Shown here piece by piece: positions 14,757 through 21,924 of a DNA stretch of 32,000 nucleotides. Position 1 is the first letter of the stretch. Each line of letters begins with the position of its first letter. The notes below the pieces were generated by a model that worked only from the letters and a program-made list of their open reading frames with translations, was not told the DNA's origin and searched no databases. This DNA is from Planctomycetales bacterium (lineage in GTDB: Bacteria > 4484-113 > JAFGCY01), in NCBI GenBank assembly GCA_022646745.1, contig CP060262.1:210001-242000 (forward strand), read 5' to 3'. A program made the translations under genes and the position numbers.

Positions 14757-16553
14757 ATGTCCCAGGCGAGTAACAGCAGCGGCATCAGGGACACCGAGCA
14801 ACTATCGGTGCAGCAGAAACTGGACCAACTGTTCCGTCTACTGCTCCTTGTTTCCTTACCGGCAGCGCTGGCTGCTGCAGCTCGCGCAATAGAATTCGGA
14901 TTCCATGCAGGAGCGATCCTGCAGCTGGCCTGCTATGTGTTCCTGGGTCTGGCCCTGCTGGCTGGCCCACGCTTGGGGTTTCGCCTTCGGATCAACATCT
15001 ACACCGGCCTGATGGTGGCCTTCGGCGGCCTTGGCCTGTACAACTACGGCCTGTTCGGCCAGGGCCTGATCACGCTCGTGCTGGCCTGCCTGCTGGCCGC
15101 GATGGTGAACCGGCGATTCTTTCGCAATGTGCTCGTGTCAAGCGGCATCGTCGCGATGATTGTCGGATTCCTGTTCGTCGGCAAGCTGCACATCCTCAAC
15201 TTCGAAACCAATACGCTCAATGCCAGCATTGCGGCCTGGCTGGGGGCGCTCGCCACCCTGGCGCTGACCTGGCTGGCATTGACAACCTGGTCCGAGCTGC
15301 GCAGCAGCGTTGATGAAAGCCGCCAGCGCATCAGCAGCCGGGAAGCGGACCTGGCGATGATCCTCGCAGCCGTCGAGGATGGCGTGATCGCCGTGGATTC
15401 GAGCATGCGCGTGCGTTACATCAACCCGGTGGCCTGCCGGCTGTGTGAATGCGAGCAGCCGGCCAGCATCGGGCAGCCGCTCAATGAGGTGCTCAACATC
15501 CACAGTGGCAACCAGATGCAGATCAGCGCGCATGAGATCTTCCGGGGCACCGAGGGAGAGGGCGACTTCTTCCTGATCAGCCGCAGCGGGATCAGCGTGC
15601 GCATCCGTCTCAGCGTCCGTGGCACAGGCGAAGAAAGTGCTGAAGGCATCCGCTACGTGCTGGCCTTCCGGGACCTGACAGAGGAGCACCGCCGCGAGCA
15701 GCAGCTCAGGCATGCCGAGAAGATGGAGACTCTCGGCAGGCTGACCAGCGGGCTTGTACATGACTTCAACAACCACATCAGCGTGATCCAGATGTCGCGC
15801 GAGATGATCGAGATGAAGCTCGAGCGGGATGTGCCGCTCAAGGATGAACTGAACTCGATTGACCTGGCCTGCCAGGGGGCGCACCAGCTGGCGATGCAGC
15901 TGCGCAGCTTCGTGCGCCAGGATGACAGCCCCGGTGTGCAGTCCCACAACCTGCATGACCTGGTGCAGCTCAGCCAGCCCCTGCTGCGCAAGGCGATCCC
16001 GAACAAGCTGCAGCTGGAGTACGGGCTGTGGGCGCAGGAAGACAGCGTGATGGTGGACCGCGGCCAGGTGCAGAATGCGCTGCTCAACCTCGTTGTCAAC
16101 GCAGCGGACGCGATCGGCGAGAACGGCACGATCATCATCTCCTCGCTCAACCGGAACATAGAGCAGGGTGAGTGCAGCAGCAGCCGCTTCGACATCCGCC
16201 CCGGGCTCTACATCAGGCTCAGTGTGTCTGACAACGGTTCGGGCATCCCGGAGGACATCCGCGCGCACATCTTCGAGCCCTTCTTCACCACGAAGGGCAG
16301 CGGCAAGGGCAGCGGACTGGGGCTGGCCAGCGTGGTGGACCTGATGGTGCTGAGCGATGGCCAGGTCTCGATGGAGACGCGCATGGGCCAGGGCACGACA
16401 TTCCACCTGGACTTCCCACTGTCTGCACTGCGCAGTGAATCAGCGGAAGCGGAGGAAGCAGCCGCTGACAATCCCCAGCCTGAGGCGGGAAGGCAGCGCG
16501 ATGACCGGCTGGAGGGTAATCCTGGCATCGGCCCGTTGCCACAGGGCAGCTAG
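14757..16553 (+). CDS. Membrane-bound PAS-domain sensor histidine kinase with no adjacent response regulator
   Basis: About 5-6 N-terminal TM helices and a PAS-like segment (ILAAVEDGVIAVDSSMRVRYINP). H-box LTSGLVHDFNNHISVI, N-box LLNLVVNAADA, G1 SDNGSGI, G2 GSGLGLA. Confidence 0.9.
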   Translation: MSQASNSSGIRDTEQLSVQQKLDQLFRLLLLVSLPAALAAAARAIEFGFHAGAILQLACYVFLGLALLAGPRLGFRLRINIYTGLMVAFGGLGLYNYGLFGQGLITLVLACLLAAMVNRRFFRNVLVSSGIVAMIVGFLFVGKLHILNFETNTLNASIAAWLGALATLALTWLALTTWSELRSSVDESRQRISSREADLAMILAAVEDGVIAVDSSMRVRYINPVACRLCECEQPASIGQPLNEVLNIHSGNQMQISAHEIFRGTEGEGDFFLISRSGISVRIRLSVRGTGEESAEGIRYVLAFRDLTEEHRREQQLRHAEKMETLGRLTSGLVHDFNNHISVIQMSREMIEMKLERDVPLKDELNSIDLACQGAHQLAMQLRSFVRQDDSPGVQSHNLHDLVQLSQPLLRKAIPNKLQLEYGLWAQEDSVMVDRGQVQNALLNLVVNAADAIGENGTIIISSLNRNIEQGECSSSRFDIRPGLYIRLSVSDNGSGIPEDIRAHIFEPFFTTKGSGKGSGLGLASVVDLMVLSDGQVSMETRMGQGTTFHLDFPLSALRSESAEAEEAAADNPQPEAGRQRDDRLEGNPGIGPLPQGS

Positions 16554-16852
16554 GCTGGCAGGCGTCCCAGCCAGCCGAACAGCAGCAGCCAGAAGCACAT
16601 GATCCAGATGCCGACGAGTTGCTTCCAGTGCGCCTGGGATGGGGTGTGCACCCGGAAATGCCTGAGGGCGAAGAACAGCAGCAGCAGGGCGAAGAAGCTG
16701 AACGGGAAGATCCCCATCTGCCAGACACTGAGCTCCTGCGGCTGGAGCTGTCCGTTGCCTACCGCCATGGCGATCGCGCGCGCAATTGCCAGGCTGTGGA
16801 TGAACAGCACTAGCAGGCCGATCCAGCTCAGGATCCACAGGATGCGGAACAT
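16550..16852 (-). CDS. Small hypothetical membrane protein (about 100 aa, 3 predicted TM helices)
   Basis: From ATG 16852: MFRILWILSWIGLLVLFIHSLAIARAIAM...FFALLLLFFAL...IWIMCFWLLLFGWL. The 64-codon N-terminal extension in the track ORF looks non-coding. I do not recognise a family. Confidence 0.5.
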   Translation of the reverse strand: MFRILWILSWIGLLVLFIHSLAIARAIAMAVGNGQLQPQELSVWQMGIFPFSFFALLLLFFALRHFRVHTPSQAHWKQLVGIWIMCFWLLLFGWLGRLPA

Positions 16853-16858
16853 CCCTGC

Positions 16859-16864
16859 ATTATA
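16859..16864 (-). promoter_or_regulatory. Perfect -10 box TATAAT 6 nt upstream of ATG 16852 (leaderless candidate)
   Basis: The minus strand reads TATAAT-gcaggg-ATG. Confidence 0.35.
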
Positions 16865-17364
16865 CGCCTGAAGGCATGATTGCGGGCCTCCCTGCCCGCG
16901 CTGCACTGCTTGGCAATCCAGGGTGCCGCCGGGACCGAGGAGACTGGCCCCGGCGGCCTGAGCCATGGGTTTGACCCAAGTGGGAGGCTGGCTCAGAAGT
17001 TCTTGGAGGTAAGTTGGCTGCTTGCTTGTGCTGGCCCTGCGCACACGACCGGCCGGCCCGTGTGCGGACCCTGTACTACGGTTGCCGCGGGAAAGTTACT
17101 GGCCGCGCGCAGCACCAGCGTTGTCAGTCTCCTGTTCTGCTCGTTGGACCTCCCGGTGCTTCCCCAGGCAAATACAGGAAGTTCCAAAGCCGAAGATCCC
17201 CCCGATCCCCGCAGGCGGTAAACGTGTCCCCATGGTCGGCCCGCGAATGATGCGAAAGGAGTCACCATGCATCCCGGTGCTTCAGACCATCGCACGGAGA
17301 TTATGTTTCACGAATCAGGGAAATGCGAAAGTGGTACCGTGAGCAGCAGGAGACCGGTTGGTTG

Positions 17365-17856
17365 TCAGAACCAGAGGCAGCCTCGGCGAGACTTGCCTTC
17401 CTTATTGGCATGCCTTTTCATAGCTCCTGTTTCCATAACCAGGTTCTTCAGGTGACTAAGTGACGGAGCGCTAGCATTCATCCATTCACGCATGTCAGCT
17501 TGACTGCCCCAGACTCCTTCCGCCATGATTTCCGATTCTTCACTATAGGAGTACAAGAGAAATCGCAGGGATTCACTGATTATCTCCGGATCTGGTTTGT
17601 AATCATTACTGGCAATTAATGCAGCGAGGTCCTTCGGCATATCCTCTGGCTCTGTCATCCCGGACAGGACCGCAACTGTGGTTGCCAATGCAACACTGAT
17701 CTCGCAGTCCGGAATTTCGAGATTTCTGTTCCTGAAATTCCTTTGCAAATCATTCAGAGTTTGCTTTATCCCAGCTTCGAGTCCTCGCTCCTCCAGCTCC
17801 GAAATCCAGTCCAATGCATCATCGGAGTCAAAAACACCATTATCCCAACGTCCCAT
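17365..17856 (-). CDS. DUF4259-like hypothetical protein
   Basis: The N-terminus MGRWDNGVFDSDDALDWISELEE resembles the MG.WG.G.FDND.A.D motif I associate with DUF4259. SD GGAGG lies 6 nt upstream. The gene is visibly AT-richer than its flanks. Confidence 0.55.
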   Translation of the reverse strand: MGRWDNGVFDSDDALDWISELEERGLEAGIKQTLNDLQRNFRNRNLEIPDCEISVALATTVAVLSGMTEPEDMPKDLAALIASNDYKPDPEIISESLRFLLYSYSEESEIMAEGVWGSQADMREWMNASAPSLSHLKNLVMETGAMKRHANKEGKSRRGCLWF

Positions 17857-17947
17857 TGCCGACCTCCAAGTGTATGGTTCCCCTGATTATTGCAGGGTAT
17901 AGAGTAAGGATGCGTCATCATCTGGCGCAAGCGGTCTGGAGGAGCTG

Positions 17948-20545
17948 ATGAGCGGTAAATATCTGCTGTTGTATGGCCTGCTGGCTGTGATTGTTATCTG
18001 CAGTGTCTCCTGCGTTGGCAGCGAGCCAGTGCAGAACGGCGCGCATTACGCATCCGCCTTTGCCGTCAACACTCTGCCAGACAGCATCTACGCAAACCAG
18101 GTACAGCCATTCAGCTTTTCCGTCAGTGAGCAGGATAAGCTGGCAGTGCTCAGCATCACAAACCTGCCTGAGGCTGGCCTCAAGGCTGCCTACCTGCAGA
18201 TCGAGTACGACGCCGGCAAGTGGACTCCTATGGACAGCACGACCCTACAGACCGGACCGGACGGTCGCCCCTGGCTCGGGCTTGTGATGCCGGATGGCGA
18301 TGGCGCACTGCAGGCCGGCATCGTTGCCAGCGGGCTTGAAGTGTATGGTGGACTGGAGCAATCAGTTGAACTGCTGCAGCTGACGTTTGCACGAGTAAGC
18401 GGCGACGCTCCCCTGCCGGACAGGATTGCCAGCGCAGCACCGGTCAATCCCGGTTCACAGAGCACACTTTCCGTAGACCAGGCAGCCGGCAAGCTCAACT
18501 GGGAATACCGCTGCAGTGGCGACTATGACCAGAACGGGCTTGTCAGCATCAGCGACCTGACCCCGCTCGGTGTGCATTTCGGCAAGGGCGGCCCCTTCAG
18601 TGACAACAGCATCGAAAGCGTGGTGGACGGCGATGGCAACGGGGAAATCAACCTCGGGGACATCACGCCGATCGGGCAGAACTTTGGCCGCGGCGTGGAA
18701 GGCTACAACATCTACCTCAGTGCGGTTGCATCCGATGCGCCGGCATCTGCTGCCGAAGCCAGCAAGATCGCAGCCGCCGGCAGCTACAACTTTGGCAGCG
18801 CTGTCGGCAGCTCAGCCACACAGCGCCTGCAGTTCTCACGCACGAGCGTGATCACCGCAGGCATGTTCTACTGGATCCGCCCGCTGCATGCAGGGGCGGA
18901 GGGCATTGCCAGCAATGTCGTGCAGGCCGGCGGTGCTTCCACCAATGCCCCACAGGCTGACCTGCTGGCCAATCCGGCCAGTGGCCAGGCGCCGCTGCTC
19001 GTCACGCTCGATGCAGCCGGCAGTACGGATCTGGATGGCGACATTGACCACTATGACTGGGACTTCGAGGACGATGGCATATTCGATGACAGCGGCATAG
19101 CGAGCTCTGTGCAGCACAGCTTCGCCACCGGCAACTGGACGGTGCGCGTGCGCGTGGTTGACAGCGGTGGCCTGAGCGACACCGCCACCGCCACAGTCAG
19201 TGCACTGGACAGCCTGCCGCAGCCACCGGTGGCAGCACTCAGCGCTGATCCCAGCACAGGAGTAGCGCCGCTGCTGGTCAGCCTGGATGCCTCCGCCAGC
19301 ACGGACCCGAATGCCGACATTGACCACTATGACTGGGACTTTGAAAGTGACGGCACCTACGACGTGACGACCGGCATCCCGCAGGTCAGCCGCACCTACG
19401 GCGGAGGCCCATGGACCACGACGGTGCGCGTCGTTGACAGCGGTGGCCTCAGTGATACGGCGAGCGTGACCCTGAGCTATACACAGGCCAACTGGAACAT
19501 CCGGGTGGCCGATGCCAACGCACCGGCGGGCGTTGACACCTCTTTGGTGTATGTCGGCGGCCGGCCGGTGATCGCCTATGACAAGTTCAGCTTCAGCCCG
19601 GTGTATGACAGGCTGTACGTGGTGCGCGGCACCGACACGCAGGGCTCGAGCTGGACGGCTCCGACGCGGCTTGACACCCAGCTTGAGCTGGTGCGTGCAT
19701 TCGACATGGATGTGGTAGACGGCCAGGCGGCGGTCTGTTACTACGACCAGGACAACGGCCGACTGCGCTACATCCGCAGCACGAGCCCTGATGCAAGCAC
19801 ATGGGGCTCTCCGTTGACACTTGAAACGGATGACAGTGCTTCCAGCACCTATGGCAAGGACTGCTCACTGGAAGTGATTGACGGCTTGCCGAACATCGCA
19901 TTCCGCGGGGACAACAGCCTGCGGATCTACATCAAGAAGGCCCAGAATGCCATCGGTACATCCTGGGGTGTGCGCGCCCTGGTCAGTTCCGGACTGACCG
20001 GCGTCGGCGGAATCACCCTGCATGATGCCGGCGGCAGCCCGGGGATCATCTGGACCTCGATCGTCCAGCAGAAGGTTGGCTATTTCCACGCCTCCAACCT
20101 GAGCGGCCAGTTCTTCAACAGTGACCTGTACAGTGGCAATCCGCAGCTGAGCCAGGACTTCGTCTTCCTGAATGGCAAGCCGCTGGCCGGCTTCGTGACC
20201 GGCACTCCCACTTTTGACGTGAGGGTCGCAGTCGCGGATGATGAAGATGGCAGCATGTGGCAGGCCTCCCAGGTACTGGGACAGGCCAGCCAGAACGGCT
20301 GCTCGATGGCTGTGGTGAATGGCATCCCGATGCTGGTGGCAACCAACTCCGGCAGCACTCTCCTCGAAATCTATCGTGCACTGGATCCACAGGGCAGCAG
20401 CTGGAGTGATGCAGAAGTAATTGATGGTGGTACGGGTGAGCTGCTTTCGGCACCCTGCCTGATCGAAATCAGCGGTGCCCCGGCGGTGAGTTACGCCTGG
20501 GGGGATGACCCGGATTATGAAGTCCGCTTCGCAATCTACTTCTGA
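17948..20545 (+). CDS. Large modular surface lipoprotein: cohesin-like N-domain (tentative), dockerin-like double EF-hand, two PKD repeats, C-terminal propeller-like repeats
   Basis: Lipobox VSC (LLAVIVICSVSCVG). Dockerin-like pair: DYDQNGLVSISDLTPLGVHFG and DGDGNGEINLGDITPIGQNFG. Two PKD units carry DIDHYDWDFE.DG and VRVVDSGGLSDTA. The C-terminal repeats (VVDGQAAVCYYDQDNGRLRYIRS..STWGSP) are like those at the C-terminus of 1..2365. SD GGAGGAG upstream. Confidence 0.85.
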   Translation: MSGKYLLLYGLLAVIVICSVSCVGSEPVQNGAHYASAFAVNTLPDSIYANQVQPFSFSVSEQDKLAVLSITNLPEAGLKAAYLQIEYDAGKWTPMDSTTLQTGPDGRPWLGLVMPDGDGALQAGIVASGLEVYGGLEQSVELLQLTFARVSGDAPLPDRIASAAPVNPGSQSTLSVDQAAGKLNWEYRCSGDYDQNGLVSISDLTPLGVHFGKGGPFSDNSIESVVDGDGNGEINLGDITPIGQNFGRGVEGYNIYLSAVASDAPASAAEASKIAAAGSYNFGSAVGSSATQRLQFSRTSVITAGMFYWIRPLHAGAEGIASNVVQAGGASTNAPQADLLANPASGQAPLLVTLDAAGSTDLDGDIDHYDWDFEDDGIFDDSGIASSVQHSFATGNWTVRVRVVDSGGLSDTATATVSALDSLPQPPVAALSADPSTGVAPLLVSLDASASTDPNADIDHYDWDFESDGTYDVTTGIPQVSRTYGGGPWTTTVRVVDSGGLSDTASVTLSYTQANWNIRVADANAPAGVDTSLVYVGGRPVIAYDKFSFSPVYDRLYVVRGTDTQGSSWTAPTRLDTQLELVRAFDMDVVDGQAAVCYYDQDNGRLRYIRSTSPDASTWGSPLTLETDDSASSTYGKDCSLEVIDGLPNIAFRGDNSLRIYIKKAQNAIGTSWGVRALVSSGLTGVGGITLHDAGGSPGIIWTSIVQQKVGYFHASNLSGQFFNSDLYSGNPQLSQDFVFLNGKPLAGFVTGTPTFDVRVAVADDEDGSMWQASQVLGQASQNGCSMAVVNGIPMLVATNSGSTLLEIYRALDPQGSSWSDAEVIDGGTGELLSAPCLIEISGAPAVSYAWGDDPDYEVRFAIYF
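18949..19476 (+). repeat. Tandem duplication of a PKD-domain coding unit (two copies of about 260 bp)
   Basis: The copies share the identical run gacattgaccactatgactgggactt. They also share the near-identical gtgcgcgt.gttgacagcggtggcct.ag.ga.ac.gc. Confidence 0.7.
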
Positions 20546-21507
20546 GGCGCACCCTCGACCGGAAGCTCGCTCATCGCCCCGTCAGAATCCAGCCTGAATC
20601 GGGCGATGCTCTCAATCTGTGTGCCACTGCTGCGCAGGCTGGTGTCTGAATTGACGATGACGACGATGTCGCAGTCTCCACCGCTGCGCTTCAGCCAGTA
20701 GGGACTGCCGGCATTGCCAATCCCGGCCAGCGTCTCCGAATCGCAGTATTCCATCCACAGCCGCTTGAGCTCAGAATTGCGGATCGCGCCCTGCAGCTCA
20801 TTGAAGCTTTCGAGCGTGCCGGACTCCAGCTTGTAGACCTCGAGGAAGGCCGGCCCGCCCTTGACCAGATCACCCCAGTGGACCGGCAAGCCCTTTTGCA
20901 TGTCCTCCAGCCGGATTGTGGAGCTGAGCTGGCTGACAGCCGGATCGGGGCTGGCAGGCTGGCCGTTGGCAGCATCGACAGACCTGTTGGGGTAGCTGCT
21001 GTTGAGCATGGTCTGCTGCGCCTGGGACGGGAACTCGTTACTGTTCCACCAGTCACCCTTGTCCCAGACAAGGGAATTCCGCACCCGCCAGCCGAAGAAG
21101 GAATGGCTGACAACCCGTGTGCCGATGAAGCCGGAATCCGACATGGCAACCAACAGGTACTGCCTGTCCCTGTCCAGTGGACCGGTTTCCAGTGTGAAGA
21201 AGTTATCCCAGTACTCAATCTTCGTGTACTGCGACTGGGCGATTTCCTTTGGTTTGAGCTGGCTCAGGTTGGTCGAGCCGCCGGACTTGCCGATGTCGTA
21301 TAGTCCGAGGCTGGCCACCGAATCGCTTGAGAACAGGCGCAGGCCGACCACGATGTTGCCTGCCTCCCTGACGCTGACACTTGTAATCGTCTTTGCGAGC
21401 GAGCAGGAACTTAGACAGATGACTGCCAAAGGAAGCAGAATTGCCAGGGCCACCCGGGGCACGCGATGTCCTCCCGCTGCATTTCGTAGCTGAATACATG
21501 ACAGCAC
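20536..21507 (-). CDS. Hypothetical lipoprotein
   Basis: GTG start. The signal peptide has lipobox LSSC (VALAILLPLAVICLSSCS). I recognise no domain. Its 3' end overlaps the convergent gene by 10 nt. Confidence 0.55.
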   Translation of the reverse strand: MLSCIQLRNAAGGHRVPRVALAILLPLAVICLSSCSLAKTITSVSVREAGNIVVGLRLFSSDSVASLGLYDIGKSGGSTNLSQLKPKEIAQSQYTKIEYWDNFFTLETGPLDRDRQYLLVAMSDSGFIGTRVVSHSFFGWRVRNSLVWDKGDWWNSNEFPSQAQQTMLNSSYPNRSVDAANGQPASPDPAVSQLSSTIRLEDMQKGLPVHWGDLVKGGPAFLEVYKLESGTLESFNELQGAIRNSELKRLWMEYCDSETLAGIGNAGSPYWLKRSGGDCDIVVIVNSDTSLRSSGTQIESIARFRLDSDGAMSELPVEGAPQK

Positions 21508-21537
21508 AAAGCGCCTTCGGGTTCAAGGGGGATTAAC

Positions 21538-21610
21538 CACGCCCGACAGGATTCGAACCTGTGACCCTCTGCTTAGAAGGCAGATGCTCTATCCCCTGAG
21601 CTACGGGCGC
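21538..21610 (-). tRNA. tRNA-Arg, anticodon UCU
   Basis: The reverse complement folds as a 73-nt cloverleaf: GCGCCCG TA GCTC AGGGGATA GAGC A TCTGC CTTCTAA GCAGA GGGTC ACAGG TTCGAAT CCTGT CGGGCGT G. All stems pair (G1-U72 is a wobble). GG is in the D-loop and the T-loop is TTCGAAT. CCA is not encoded. Confidence 0.9.
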
Positions 21611-21635
21611 GCAACGGTCGGGGAAACCGCTGAGG

Positions 21636-21644
21636 ATGATACCA
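21636..21644 (-). promoter_or_regulatory. Candidate extended -10 promoter for tRNA-Arg (TGGTATCAT)
   Basis: On the minus strand, TGGTATCAT ends 25 nt upstream of the mature tRNA 5' end. Confidence 0.3.
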
Positions 21645-21656
21645 GAGAGAGTGGAG

Positions 21657-21698
21657 GCCTGACGCGAGTCAGGCTCGGTGGTCTGACGCAAGTCAGGC
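21657..21698. repeat. Tandem pair of tetraloop hairpins (24-nt direct repeat)
   Basis: GCCTGAC-GCGA-GTCAGGC (21657-21674) and GTCTGAC-GCAA-GTCAGGC (21681-21698). The 24-nt units differ at 4 positions. Confidence 0.5.
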
Positions 21699-21856
21699 AC
21701 GGTCTTCAATGCTCAACACTCATTGCTACCAAAGGCGCAGCGTTGCAGGATTCAAACACCACGATGACACGAAGAATTGGATGGTCACATAGCTTTGCAT
21801 TGCGATTTGCCTTCCAGCTTCGTGGACTTTGTGCCAATAGTGGTTGACCCTCTTTA

Positions 21857-21919
21857 TCCGGCTTGCGCCGGGATACCGCGCCGAGCTGGCGCTCGACCTC
21901 CGCGCCTGGCTTGCGCCAG
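21857..21919 (-). repeat. Three GC-rich 5-bp tetraloop hairpins immediately after the SRPBCC stop codon (3' UTR structure or terminator candidates)
   Basis: In mRNA sense: CTGGC-GCAA-GCCAG (21919-21906), CGAGC-GCCA-GCTCG (21895-21882) and CCGGC-GCAA-GCCGG (21871-21858). No U-tract follows. Confidence 0.45.
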
Positions 21920-21924
21920 ACCTC

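Noticed and set aside
15138-16406. 422-aa minus-strand ORF inside the histidine kinase gene.
   Set aside because: It is antisense to a gene with complete H, N, G1 and G2 boxes. Its translation is low-complexity (A/L/R/H/V/D) with no recognisable domain.
17340-17362. CAGGAGACCGG resembles the core of the cobalamin riboswitch B12 box.
   Set aside because: Only about 11 nt match. The upstream conserved riboswitch elements are absent. The motif lies at the 3' end of a minus-strand gene, with no downstream plus-strand gene to regulate.
17365-21610. A possible genomic island integrated at the 3' end of tRNA-Arg, given the lower-GC gene, the orphan lipoprotein and the surface protein.
   Set aside because: There is no integrase or recombinase, and I could find no direct repeat of the tRNA 3' end. 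The large gene 17948..20545 belongs to the same family as genes elsewhere in the window. Only the DUF4259-like gene stands out compositionally.
21584-21847. 87-aa plus-strand ORF overlapping the tRNA.
   Set aside because: It overlaps a well-folded tRNA on the opposite strand and the tandem hairpin repeat (which produces the GGLTRVRLGGLTQVRHG repeat). It is not credible as coding.
21611-21860. I searched the tRNA-adjacent spacer for a tRNA-Sec (selC) or a second tRNA. CTTCAAT and GGATTCAAAC-like strings caught the eye.
   Set aside because: No acceptor, T-arm or anticodon-stem pairing can be built around either string, and the T-loop consensus (TTC) is missing.
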